Assembly: GCA_016927995.1 (NCBI GenBank)
Contig: JAFGLO010000008.1
Location: forward strand, 2,074 to 66,073
Length of the DNA stretch: 64,000 nt
Direction: 5' to 3'
DNA from: Candidatus Dojkabacteria bacterium
Lineage (GTDB): Bacteria; Patescibacteriota; Dojkabacteria; JAFGLO01
The notes under the pieces are model-generated. The model saw only the letters and a program-made list of their open reading frames with translations, did no database searches and was not told the DNA's origin. Positions 38,907-48,255 of the stretch are shown here, piece by piece. The position numbers were made by a program, and so were the translations under genes. The first letter of the stretch is position 1. Each line of letters opens with the position of its first letter.

Positions 38907-39632
38907 TTATTTTGCAATATCCGAAACTTCGATTAAATTATTTATCACGTATTTAGCTTTTCGATATCCTTCTTCTGTATCATTTATTGAATGGTTGCCT
39001 GGTTTTATAAACAATACCGTTTCAATATTTACAGCGTTTGCACCTTCTATGTCTGTATGGGCGTTGTCACCGATCATTAAGGCATCTTGAGGGAGTGTGT
39101 TAAGTTTGTGAAGGGCTTTAAGAAACATTATTGAGCTTGGTTTATCACTACCTGTTTCTTCACTTGTGATAATTTCATCAAAATAACTGGCAATACCAAG
39201 CCTTTTTAGTTTTCTTAACTGAATACTTGTTGTTAAATCTGAAACAATAGCCATTTTAATTTTGTGAATCCTTAGTTGTTCTAGTATTTCTTTCGCATTT
39301 GGGAAAAGGATCATGTTGTCAAAATAGACATCCCAGTAGTTGTCATAAAGTGACAAAATAAATTCCGCAGAAATAGGTGTGAAAGAATTGGTTTGGTTGC
39401 GTAAGTGTTCGAATATTCGTTGAAAATAAAGAATCCTGTTGTGTGAGCTGGCTGTGCCTTCAAGTTCTATGTGGATCTCTCTTCTGGAAAGTTCATATAA
39501 TTGTTGGAATATGTTTTTAGATACGTTGTATTCTTTACTAACTATATTGTATATGGCGGCGATCGATTTATTGTGCGCAATATCGTAGTCATAGAGAGTA
39601 TTATCTAAGTCCCAGAGAACAGCCTTTTTCAT
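38907..39632 (-). CDS. HAD-superfamily hydrolase (YjjG/pyrimidine 5'-nucleotidase-like)
   Basis: 241 aa. Motif I VLWDLDNTLYDY (DxD), motif III K, and motif IV GDNAHTDIEGA. Confidence 0.7.
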   Translation of the reverse strand: MKKAVLWDLDNTLYDYDIAHNKSIAAIYNIVSKEYNVSKNIFQQLYELSRREIHIELEGTASSHNRILYFQRIFEHLRNQTNSFTPISAEFILSLYDNYWDVYFDNMILFPNAKEILEQLRIHKIKMAIVSDLTTSIQLRKLKRLGIASYFDEIITSEETGSDKPSSIMFLKALHKLNTLPQDALMIGDNAHTDIEGANAVNIETVLFIKPGNHSINDTEEGYRKAKYVINNLIEVSDIAK

Positions 39633-39652
39633 TGGTGTAATATCAAACTTAT

Positions 39653-41395
39653 TTAGGGGTTAGATGGGATTTCTTGTACCTTTGGGGAAACTTCGATTTT
39701 TGAAAAAAGTGGAGAAATATTGTTTTCAATTTTTATTGTAGGGTTAAACTCATCCGAATATTCCCATAGAAGTTTTCCGATCTTAGGTGTAATTTCATCT
39801 ATCATAAGATATTTTGAAATGACTTGGGAGGTGTTGGTTATAAATGGATAAAAAAGTCGTCTTAGATTGGCAATTAATACAAGGCAGTTGGATAGGATTG
39901 CTTGTGCTTTTTGTGATTCTGTTTTAACAACTTCCCAGACTTTACTTTGGTCGAAATACTGGTTTGCAAAATCGACAAGTGCCATAATTTCGGAAAGTGC
40001 AGCGGCTTGCTTACTGTTACCTAGAAGTGCTGCCGTATTTTCGAAGGTGTTTTGGATTTTTGATTTGACCTCCAATGGAATGAGTCCTTTATGTATGTTT
40101 CCTTCGAACTTTGAATTGATAAACGTTAATGTTCTGTGAACAAAGTTACCAAATTTTGCTGAAAGCTCGTTATTGACGGTTGCCTCGAAATCGGTCCATG
40201 TAAAATTACCTTGTTTGTTCTCGGGGGAATTTCTTAGAAGGTAAAAGCGGACAGGGTCTACGCCGTAGTTATCTGCTATTTCAGCAGAATCAATTATCCA
40301 GTTTCGACTTTTGCTAAATTTCTTGCCTTCATAGTTTAAAAATTTGTTAACTACTACCGCATTTGGAAGAGTATAGTTCCTTTTTGATCCAATAAGAATT
40401 CCGGGCCACAAGATCGTATGAAAGACTAAATTATCTTGACCCATAAAGTAGTAATGCCTTGAGTTGTTGTTAAACCACCAATCTTCCCATTTTGTTGCTT
40501 GGCCTTTTTGCATTTGAAAGATGATCTCACCTGATTGATCATTGTTTTCTATACGTTTTGACCACTCTATGCTTCCGCTTAAATAACCGATTACTGCATC
40601 GAACCATACGTAAAATCGTTTGCCTTTAAAGGAAGATAATCTTTTTTCTTTTGGAATTTTTTCCTCAGGAATGGGTACACCCCAATCAAGATCTCTTGTT
40701 ATTGCGCGTTTTTGCAGGCCCTCCTTGATCCAACCTATTGCCTCTGCGTATACCCAGGTACGCAAGTTTTCTTTGTTTTTGTCTAGATTTTCTTTTATTT
40801 CCTTTGACAGTTTTGAAAGATCCAGAAAATATTGCTCGCTCTCCTTGAGGGTTACAGGTGATTTTGAGATTTTGCTTACAGGATCTATAAGCTCGCCTTG
40901 ATCAAGCATCCGACCACAAGCCTCGCATTGGTCGCTTCGCTGTTCCTTTGCGTGACAATGTGGGCACTCGCCTTCTATGTACCTGTCAGGCAAAAACTTG
41001 TCATCGGCTTTGGAATAGTATTGGAGGGATGTTCCCTTCTCTATATAGTTGTTTTCTAAAAGGTCTAAAAATAGTTGTTGTGTAACTTCTGCGTGATTTG
41101 GTGTTGTTGTCTGAGTATATAGATTGTATGATAATCCGTACTGCTTAAACAATGCTACGTCTTTGGGGTGATATTCGGCCACTACTTCGGCGGGTGTTTT
41201 ATCTTCTTTGTCTGCTTGGACTGTTATCGGGGTGCCATGGCAGTCCGAACCGGATATCATTAGAACGTCATCACCACAAAGTTTGTGGTACTTGGCTTGT
41301 ACGTCGGCAGGTAATAGGTAACCGGCCAGGTGACCTACATGCAGATCACCGTTTACGTATGGCCAAGCCACCCCTATGTAAATTTTCTTATTCAT
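39653..41395 (-). CDS. metG: methionine--tRNA ligase
   Basis: Likely start at MNKKIYIGVAWPYVNGDLHVGHLAGY (HIGH motif). The track ORF begins 20 codons further upstream. Zn knuckle CPHCHAKEQRSDQCEACG; KMSKS variant KFSKSRNWI. Confidence 0.9.
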   Translation of the reverse strand: MNKKIYIGVAWPYVNGDLHVGHLAGYLLPADVQAKYHKLCGDDVLMISGSDCHGTPITVQADKEDKTPAEVVAEYHPKDVALFKQYGLSYNLYTQTTTPNHAEVTQQLFLDLLENNYIEKGTSLQYYSKADDKFLPDRYIEGECPHCHAKEQRSDQCEACGRMLDQGELIDPVSKISKSPVTLKESEQYFLDLSKLSKEIKENLDKNKENLRTWVYAEAIGWIKEGLQKRAITRDLDWGVPIPEEKIPKEKRLSSFKGKRFYVWFDAVIGYLSGSIEWSKRIENNDQSGEIIFQMQKGQATKWEDWWFNNNSRHYYFMGQDNLVFHTILWPGILIGSKRNYTLPNAVVVNKFLNYEGKKFSKSRNWIIDSAEIADNYGVDPVRFYLLRNSPENKQGNFTWTDFEATVNNELSAKFGNFVHRTLTFINSKFEGNIHKGLIPLEVKSKIQNTFENTAALLGNSKQAAALSEIMALVDFANQYFDQSKVWEVVKTESQKAQAILSNCLVLIANLRRLFYPFITNTSQVISKYLMIDEITPKIGKLLWEYSDEFNPTIKIENNISPLFSKIEVSPKVQEIPSNP

Positions 41396-41415
41396 GTGAA
41401 TATTATACGTTTTCC

Positions 41416-41733
41416 GTAGGGACAGGTCTAGACCGACACCCACAATTGTAAACATAGATGATATCTCAAATCAAGGATCCCCAACTGATGGTCTATACTT
41501 GGTGTAGGTGTTAGGTACTGCTTAATTTCCGGTGTTTACCGTATTGTGAATTAAAGGCTGATTTGGAAAGGCTATAACCTTTCGGGGCTATGGGGAACAA
41601 TGTTTTATACAGATTGAGTTAAGTTACAATGTGTAATTTTGTCGATCTTTATACACACCTACACACCCGTTTCGGGAATCGACCATCAGATAATGGTTCC
41701 CCGATATCAATGTCGGTCTAGACCTGTCCCTAC
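41416..41733. mobile_element. MITE-like palindromic element (~318 bp) with 23 bp perfect terminal inverted repeats
   Basis: TIR GTAGGGACAGGTCTAGACCGACA at 41416-41438 and its exact reverse complement at 41711-41733. Additional nested inverted repeats (CTGATGGTC/GACCATCAG; GGTGTAGGTGT/ACACCTACACAC) and a central hairpin GAAAGG..CCTTTC. No obvious target-site duplication. Confidence 0.5.
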
Positions 41734-41747
41734 ATGTTTTATGTTAT

Positions 41748-42710
41748 GTGTTATATAATTGGCTTATGAAAGAAAAAAGACCAAGACTAGCTGTCTACGA
41801 TGACAATAAATATGACTATTCAACGTATTGGCAAGGACGACAGTATGAACATCGGGCAGAAGTTTTAGCATTGACGTGCCTGCAAGCAGGGAAACCGAAG
41901 AAAGGATGGTTTATCGATGTAGGTGGATCATTTGGTCGGTTATACGATACTTATTCAGAAAAATACATGAACTCCGTTATAGTAGACTATTCAGTTGTTG
42001 CATTAAAGCAGGCGAAAGAACAGCTGGGAGACAAAGTATCACTAATAGCAGCCAATGTTTACAACCTTCCCTTTCGTAATTCAACCTTTCAGGGTGGTCA
42101 GATGATACGAGTACTTCACCACTTAGACAATCAGCCGGCTGCAGTAAAAGAGCTTGAGCGGATAATGAGCGCCGACAGCGAGTTTATCTTGGAATTTGCA
42201 AACAAGCGTCACCTGAAAAACAGAATCAAAGCCATTCGTAGTAAAGAGTTTGCAAACAGATTAAATGCCCCGGGACCATTTGTACCGGAATCCGATGGGG
42301 TTACCCAAGGTGTTAAGCCCGGTCAAAAGAGCATATTTCTAAACTACGATCTTCCTTTCATTAAAGAAACACTTTCTCATACTAAGTTTATAATTTCAGC
42401 GATTCGTGGAGTTTCAATACTTCGAAGTGATTTTATAAAAAGTCATCTTCCATTATGGCTTATGCTTATATTTGAGAGAGTATTCCAGTATATTTCCAGT
42501 ATATTTCTTTGGACACCTAGCGTATTTTTAAAACTTTTTAAAGGAACCGGCGATAATTATTATGAGGGGTCAAACATAAAAGAGATTCTTGTTTGTCCAA
42601 GGTGTAAAGGTGAATTGGAGTTCAAGGCAGAGTCGGTTCAATGTTTAGATTGCAAGCAGGTCTATAAGTTATGGGACGGAGTATGGGATTTTAGATGGCC
42701 CCAAAATTAA
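41748..42710 (+). CDS. class I SAM-dependent methyltransferase with C-terminal Trm112-like zinc ribbon
   Basis: 320 aa. Motif I FIDVGGSFGRL, motif post-I VDYSVVALKQAKE. C-terminal CPRCKG....CLDCKQ ribbon. Confidence 0.65.
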   Translation: MLYNWLMKEKRPRLAVYDDNKYDYSTYWQGRQYEHRAEVLALTCLQAGKPKKGWFIDVGGSFGRLYDTYSEKYMNSVIVDYSVVALKQAKEQLGDKVSLIAANVYNLPFRNSTFQGGQMIRVLHHLDNQPAAVKELERIMSADSEFILEFANKRHLKNRIKAIRSKEFANRLNAPGPFVPESDGVTQGVKPGQKSIFLNYDLPFIKETLSHTKFIISAIRGVSILRSDFIKSHLPLWLMLIFERVFQYISSIFLWTPSVFLKLFKGTGDNYYEGSNIKEILVCPRCKGELEFKAESVQCLDCKQVYKLWDGVWDFRWPQN

Positions 42711-42714
42711 AACG

Positions 42715-43515
42715 ATGAGAACTAAAAAATCACTTGGCCAAAATTTTTTAAACGATACCAAGGTTATTTTTCGATTCATTGATGTACTTGCACCTACCCC
42801 AATCGACACGTTTATTGAGATTGGTCCGGGAAAAGGAGCTGTTACGTTTAGACTATTACCTCGCTGTAAAAAAGTTATTGCAATTGAAAAAGATGATTTA
42901 TTAGCGCAACGGCTGACAAATAAAGCTAACAGACAAAGCCTGTCTAATCTAACTATAATAAATAAAGACTATTTTTCCGCGGAAGAAGAGATAAGCCAGC
43001 TTGTAAATGATCCCGACAACACGTCTCTTTTATACATAAGCTCTCTTCCATACAATGTATCGAAGAAAATCCTGTTTTCCCTACTTTATGAGGAAAAGGG
43101 TTTTAAGAAAGGTGCCTTTATCATTCAAAAGGAGGTTGCCGAAGATTACTGTTCGGCGATACCTAATGCGGCCTTCTTAAGTCGTGTAGTCTCTCTTGTC
43201 GCAACCTGTGAATATATGTTTACAATTCCCAAGGAAAATTTCACACCAATGCCCAAGGTCACAAGCGCAGTAATAAAAATCACAAGAAAGGATCCGCTAA
43301 TAGATTCGGTTACGGAACAGATTGACTTTTTAAAATTTGTGCGAACCCTTTATCAGTTTAAGCGTAAGGTGATAAGAAATTCACTCAAAAAGATGTTTTC
43401 GACTACCGTAGCCGATGAGTTGATAAGTAAATTTAGATTGGAGAATAAGCGTGTTGAGGAAGTTGATTTAACAACTCTGGTTACCCTGTATAAAAAGTGT
43501 GGTAATTTGAATTAA
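42715..43515 (+). CDS. rsmA: 16S rRNA (adenine1518/1519-N6)-dimethyltransferase RsmA/KsgA
   Basis: 266 aa. N-terminal KSLGQNFLNDTKVIFRFID and EIGPGKGAVT, the KsgA family signature. Confidence 0.85.
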   Translation: MRTKKSLGQNFLNDTKVIFRFIDVLAPTPIDTFIEIGPGKGAVTFRLLPRCKKVIAIEKDDLLAQRLTNKANRQSLSNLTIINKDYFSAEEEISQLVNDPDNTSLLYISSLPYNVSKKILFSLLYEEKGFKKGAFIIQKEVAEDYCSAIPNAAFLSRVVSLVATCEYMFTIPKENFTPMPKVTSAVIKITRKDPLIDSVTEQIDFLKFVRTLYQFKRKVIRNSLKKMFSTTVADELISKFRLENKRVEEVDLTTLVTLYKKCGNLN

Positions 43516-43536
43516 GTTGAAACAGTTAAATAATCA

Positions 43537-45324
43537 ATGGTCAATAGATTTAAAAAATATATAAAGGTATATCTGTTTTCATTTAAGAAGCTCCTTAAAT
43601 ACGGAAAGGCTTCACCTGTAATTTTTTTCTTTTGTAACATTGTTCAGATTGCAACGGAAGTCCTAGATACGTTTATTACGGGTTCGTTTGTTGCCTCACT
43701 TGTGGAGTTGGTTATTGAAGTTCCCAAAGTCTCTTTTGATAACTGGCAGGAGATACTCGGCTTTGTGTTAGGGACTAATGCGCTTAGATATGGTCTTATA
43801 AAAATCGCTTTAAGTTTGGTTAATAGAGTTAGAAATTACATTATAGAGGTAATTTCAGACAAATTTTATACCGATTCTTGGAAATTATTTAATATAGATT
43901 TGGCAGAAAAATTCTCCCGATTAAACCTAGAGGAGGTAGAATCAACCAATTTCCTTGATCTTTTAAACAAAGTTAGAAACAACTGGTATTATAAATTCGA
44001 CGAGTTCTATATAACAACAAGAGATCTTATCAGCTCTTTATTTGGATTTATAGCTACAGGCTTAATAATTTGGCAACATAACCCTACGTGGTTTTTTATA
44101 ATTCTTGCTTTTGTAATTCCTGAAGGCATTTTGTTAATAATACTTGCGGCAGTAGATCAAAAGAGAATAGATCAAGATACCGTTGATAACGTTATAAGTG
44201 ATTATTCATTAACAACGCTTTTGGATACAAGGTCTGTAGAAGAGAAGCGAGTTGACGGAATTTTTAAACTTTTCAAGCGAAAATACATTGATACAATGGA
44301 AAATATTGGGAGCCGATACTTGAAATTTGCCGGTAAAAGATCGTTCTTACGGCTTGTGTTTAACCTTTTCTCAATGGGGTGTTTGTTCTTTTATCAAATA
44401 AAAGTAATCGTTCAAACAATCACAGCAAGGCTATCTGTTTCCAACGGTATCTATCTGTTTGGGTTTCTTGATTATTTCTGGAATAAGGCAAACACATTAT
44501 TCTTACAGTTGGTTGGGTTTTTTACTTTAAATGGTTATCTCGAGTATTTTTATGATTTAGAAAATCTTCCAACAATGCATGAACAAAGCACTGGAAACAG
44601 AAAAATGCCAACCAAAAACTTGAGCCTTTCGCTAGTCGATTTTTCGTTTAATTATCCCAACTCCGACAAGGAGGTTTTACAAAGGGTTAATTTTAGTACC
44701 CAACCCAATGAAAAAATATTATTTCTTGGTAAAGATGGTTCGGGTAAAAGCTCAATTATAAAAGTTCTAACGGGATTGTATAAAATAAAGACCGGTGATA
44801 TTCAAATTAATGGGACGTCAATAAAAGACTTTGCACCCGGCGAGTTAAAGAATTCAATATCGGCTGTGTTTGATGACTTTGGCCGGTACTACTACTCTAT
44901 TAGAGACAATATAATGCTTGGTGATATCGGGAAACCCTTTAGTGTTCAAAAATATAAAAAGGCTTTGGAAGTAACGCTTTTGGATGAATGGATGGAGGAA
45001 AGCAATATTAGTGATCAGACACTGCTTGGGAAAATTAATGACGACGGTATCGAAATTCCTTCCGGTCATTGGCAAAGAATAGCATTGGCTCGGGCTGTAT
45101 ATGGTGACGGCGCGATTTTTCTTCTTGATGAGGCGTTTACCTATATCGACTCAGATACAAAGCGAAAGATAATGAGAAGACTTTCAGAGTATTGGAAAAA
45201 TAAGCTTGTGATTGTGATTGATGAAGATGATGGAATTTTAAAATACTTCGATAGGGTATTTCTTTTGTCGGGAGGTAAACTAAAAGAAATTACTAAGTCT
45301 ACCAAGTCTTCCATTTGGGGGTAA
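43537..45324 (+). CDS. ABC transporter, fused permease/ATP-binding protein (exporter type)
   Basis: 595 aa. N-terminal 6-helix TMD. Walker A GKDGSGKSS, signature variant PSGHWQRIALARA, Walker B FLLDEA. Confidence 0.8.
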   Translation: MVNRFKKYIKVYLFSFKKLLKYGKASPVIFFFCNIVQIATEVLDTFITGSFVASLVELVIEVPKVSFDNWQEILGFVLGTNALRYGLIKIALSLVNRVRNYIIEVISDKFYTDSWKLFNIDLAEKFSRLNLEEVESTNFLDLLNKVRNNWYYKFDEFYITTRDLISSLFGFIATGLIIWQHNPTWFFIILAFVIPEGILLIILAAVDQKRIDQDTVDNVISDYSLTTLLDTRSVEEKRVDGIFKLFKRKYIDTMENIGSRYLKFAGKRSFLRLVFNLFSMGCLFFYQIKVIVQTITARLSVSNGIYLFGFLDYFWNKANTLFLQLVGFFTLNGYLEYFYDLENLPTMHEQSTGNRKMPTKNLSLSLVDFSFNYPNSDKEVLQRVNFSTQPNEKILFLGKDGSGKSSIIKVLTGLYKIKTGDIQINGTSIKDFAPGELKNSISAVFDDFGRYYYSIRDNIMLGDIGKPFSVQKYKKALEVTLLDEWMEESNISDQTLLGKINDDGIEIPSGHWQRIALARAVYGDGAIFLLDEAFTYIDSDTKRKIMRRLSEYWKNKLVIVIDEDDGILKYFDRVFLLSGGKLKEITKSTKSSIWG

Positions 45325-45402
45325 TATACACTTGTGTCATTTGGTTGTTTTGGTATAATCGGTTAATGCCCAAGTTATCAATTAAGTTGTTTTATTTCCA
45401 AA

Positions 45403-45843
45403 ATGAGTGATTCTAACTACGTTGTCGTCAATGCAATCGATTTAAGGCAAAACATGGGTGATCTTGTTAATAGGGTATTTTATCAGGGACTAACTGTCTT
45501 TGTTAAACGTAGAGGTAAAGTGGTTGCTAAACTTATTGCTTCAGATAAGTCCGAGGTTCCCGATTCGGAAAAAGTGGATGTTCCCAGACCCGATAACGTT
45601 AGAGTTATTGAAGATTCACCTGTTTCCGAATCAAAAGATATCCCACAGGCGACCGTAGCAAGTGATGCCGTAACTGAATCCGGTGTGACCAATATTGACT
45701 CAAATACCCCGGAGAAAACAGATAACCCTACCCCTCCGCAAAACAGTACATCCGGAGACTCAAGTATATCCAATGACTCTTTACAGCAGTTAAAAGAGGA
45801 ATTAAAGCGAGCCGGATATGATCCAAGCTATATTAGACAGTAA
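45403..45843 (+). CDS. Phd/YefM-like antitoxin-fold N-domain protein with long low-complexity acidic/Ser-Thr tail
   Basis: 146 aa. N-terminal VVNAIDLRQNMGDLVNRVFYQGLTVFVKRRGKVVAKLIAS resembles Phd/YefM. No toxin partner is adjacent on the same strand. Confidence 0.45.
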   Translation: MSDSNYVVVNAIDLRQNMGDLVNRVFYQGLTVFVKRRGKVVAKLIASDKSEVPDSEKVDVPRPDNVRVIEDSPVSESKDIPQATVASDAVTESGVTNIDSNTPEKTDNPTPPQNSTSGDSSISNDSLQQLKEELKRAGYDPSYIRQ

Positions 45844-45920
45844 AACCCATAAGAGTAAAATCTAGGATAGATCGGACTTTGTCTTAAGAGTTGTCGGTTG
45901 GGGCCTTTTTTTCAATAGAT

Positions 45921-46469
45921 TTAATAAACCTTTAAGCTAAGAACTACGTTGACTGCATAGTTAATAGTTTCTTCTGCGTCCATTCTGAATCCAAGTGTTA
46001 TTACCTCGTTGGGGGCCAGTGTAACAACCGCAGGATAAATATTTTTGCCGGAATCGACAAGTACATAACTTGTGGATCCCATTGTGAGAGCAATTTCGAC
46101 TCCATTTGGAACCTGTTTAAGTTGTGGATCAATACGTACCTCTTTCCAATCCGATGATTGATTTGTGATTGTTATTACGTCGTCCCTTTTAAAGTGAACA
46201 AATGTGTCATCGGAGGAGATGTTAAGGTTGTAAGTATTTGTAATTGCATCATATGTCATTGCGTCTACGTTGCCATCCGAAATGGCAATTTCGAAATCTT
46301 TTCCTCGATATCTTTGTAGTCCCAATACCGATTTGTCATTAGAAGATTCGTCCGATGAAACAGGAGAAAGATTCGCTGTAATTAATGCAGGTGCTCCGAC
46401 TATGAGGACCAAAACCGGAATAGCAAGTAAACCAAGAATTGTTTGAGTAATCTCCTTTGTTTTTGTCAT
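45921..46469 (-). CDS. membrane-anchored extracytoplasmic hypothetical protein
   Basis: 182 aa. N-terminal helix ILGLLAIPVLVLIVGAPALI, then a beta-rich domain. Last gene of the co-directional run starting with the pilin-like array. Confidence 0.4.
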   Translation of the reverse strand: MTKTKEITQTILGLLAIPVLVLIVGAPALITANLSPVSSDESSNDKSVLGLQRYRGKDFEIAISDGNVDAMTYDAITNTYNLNISSDDTFVHFKRDDVITITNQSSDWKEVRIDPQLKQVPNGVEIALTMGSTSYVLVDSGKNIYPAVVTLAPNEVITLGFRMDAEETINYAVNVVLSLKVY

Positions 46470-46470
46470 A

Positions 46471-47049
46471 TTAATCTTTATAAAAATTAGTTTTTTCAGA
46501 GATCTCGTTTTCTACATCTCTGAATGCAAGCCAAGTGCAAAGTATTGCGGAAACAAAACCTGAAGCCAAAACATAAAGTGATAGTCTACCCGTGACAAAA
46601 TCAACAATTACAAGCACTTGTGCAATCCAATAATATAAAAGCCATACAAAAAGATTAACGTAAATATTGTAAGAGTCTCCTATGATCTCAAAAAAATTAA
46701 GCTCGGCAAGTTTTACAAGTGTTCGTGGAGCAGGATGTGTGTTGTGGAAAAAGTATGCTCTAATAAGTTGAATAGAAAGTCCGATTAGGAGTACTAGTAG
46801 CATTGTAACTGTTGATATATTATTGATTTTTGTTGCCTGTTCGGCGGTTTGATAGGTAATCTGAAGGGAAAATATTTTTTGTATTTCGTTTGTTATGCTA
46901 AAAGTATAGCCGAAGATACTATTTGCAATATATAATCCTCCGATTTTTCCAATTATCATAAATGCCGCCGGATATAAGGCTGCCGATAATGTGTTAACTG
47001 TTAATCTTTTCATGAAGTCAATAAAAAAACTATTCGAACTATATAACAA
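46471..47049 (-). CDS. 4-TM integral membrane protein, hypothetical
   Basis: 192 aa, four hydrophobic helices. Start is 2 bp after the next gene's end. Confidence 0.45.
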   Translation of the reverse strand: MLYSSNSFFIDFMKRLTVNTLSAALYPAAFMIIGKIGGLYIANSIFGYTFSITNEIQKIFSLQITYQTAEQATKINNISTVTMLLVLLIGLSIQLIRAYFFHNTHPAPRTLVKLAELNFFEIIGDSYNIYVNLFVWLLYYWIAQVLVIVDFVTGRLSLYVLASGFVSAILCTWLAFRDVENEISEKTNFYKD

Positions 47050-47081
47050 AAGTATAGCAAGTCTTTAAGGGAAGGACAAAT

Positions 47082-47387
47082 CTAAAAGATTCTTATGGTG
47101 GTAAGATTAGGGACACCTAAAACACTTCCAAATATATTCATTATTATAACTGAACCAAATGCAACAACGGTTCCGATTACCGCCCACAGGATAATGTTTC
47201 GAGCTTTTTGAACGTTTTGGGGGTTGCCTCCGGCAATTGCCCACATGAATCCGCCATATACAAACATTCCAAACAAAAGGATTCCAATAAGTGGCCAGAT
47301 AAAAGAGACAATCCTTGGTATAAAATCTAGAAGTTCCGCAAGACTCGTAACGTCAGCACTTACAATAGAAGAAAATCCAAGCTGCAT
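47082..47387 (-). CDS. small two-helix membrane protein, VirB2/TrbC-like pilin candidate (paralog 3, most divergent)
   Basis: 101 aa. Leader-like N-terminus, then helix 1 IGILLFGMFVYGGFMWAI, a short polar loop GGNPQNVQKARN, and helix 2 IILWAVIGTVVAFGSVIIM. The VYGG....KA.N.I....G.V.A motif is shared with the two upstream paralogs. Confidence 0.45.
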   Translation of the reverse strand: MQLGFSSIVSADVTSLAELLDFIPRIVSFIWPLIGILLFGMFVYGGFMWAIAGGNPQNVQKARNIILWAVIGTVVAFGSVIIMNIFGSVLGVPNLTTIRIF

Positions 47388-47404
47388 TTTTGTCTTAGAT
47401 AGAA

Positions 47405-47752
47405 TTACCTAATAAATATTGCTACTGTCTCTTCTACGGCTTCTTGAAGGCTGGTTCCAGTAATTCCAAGTGCCTTTAGGATAAATCCAACCAAAAGCCA
47501 AGCAAGACCAACAATAACAAGTCCAACCAAAGCATAAATAATTGTGTTTTGAGCTTTTTCTGTTTTTTGAGAGTCACCTGTACTGGTAATATACATAACA
47601 CCACCATAGACAAGTACGGCAACAGCAACTAAAGCAGCTGCCAATGTTCCAATGTTTAGAAGACCGGATATGGCAAGGTCTAGAGTGGGAAATCTTGTGA
47701 AGTTAAGGTCTCCTGAAAGGGTTCCAATTAATACTAGGGGTAAGTTATTCAT
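47405..47752 (-). CDS. small two-helix membrane protein, VirB2/TrbC-like pilin candidate (paralog 2)
   Basis: 115 aa, about 70% identical to paralog 1 across the core (GTLAAALVAV..L.YGG..YI.STGDSQKTEKAQNTIIY.LVGLVIVGLAWLLV.FILK.LGI). Confidence 0.5.
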   Translation of the reverse strand: MNNLPLVLIGTLSGDLNFTRFPTLDLAISGLLNIGTLAAALVAVAVLVYGGVMYITSTGDSQKTEKAQNTIIYALVGLVIVGLAWLLVGFILKALGITGTSLQEAVEETVAIFIR

Positions 47753-47851
47753 TACACAATATGTTATGTTATATTACAAATCTATTATATATAAGACTCA
47801 TATATATTTCAAGTGGCTATTTTGGGTCGAACTGAATTTTCCGTAAACAGA

Positions 47852-48205
47852 TTATCGCCGGATAAGTGAGGCAACAATGTCTGACTCTACCTCGTTAAAA
47901 AGATCGCCTTCAATTCCTAGGACCTTAAGTATGAATTCCACAAGGAGCCAAGCAAGACCAACAATAACAAGTCCAACCAACGAATAAATAATTGTGTTTT
48001 GGGCTTTTTCTGTTTTTTGGGAGTCACCCGTGCTAATGATATAGGCAAGCCCGCCGTATATAAGCATAACAACAGCAACTAAAGCAGCCGCTAATGTTCC
48101 AAGTCGTAAGAGACTTTTTATGGCATCCTCAAGGGTATCAAACTTTGTGAAGTTAAGAGCACCTCCAAGGATTTGAGCCAACATTGCCTCTGCTGTTTTA
48201 TCCAT
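47852..48205 (-). CDS. small two-helix membrane protein, VirB2/TrbC-like pilin candidate (paralog 1)
   Basis: 117 aa with the same topology and motif as above. First gene of the co-directional five-gene run 48205 to 45921. Confidence 0.5.
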   Translation of the reverse strand: MDKTAEAMLAQILGGALNFTKFDTLEDAIKSLLRLGTLAAALVAVVMLIYGGLAYIISTGDSQKTEKAQNTIIYSLVGLVIVGLAWLLVEFILKVLGIEGDLFNEVESDIVASLIRR

Positions 48206-48255
48206 TACTTATATGTTTACATTATGCCATATTATATGGTAATTATAACTCGAAA

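Noticed and set aside
45921-48205. Calling the pilin-like operon a type IV secretion system
   Set aside because: No VirB4, VirD4 or VirB11 ATPase and no VirB6 homolog are recognisable within the window. Only pilin-like small proteins are present, so a T4SS call would be over-interpretation.
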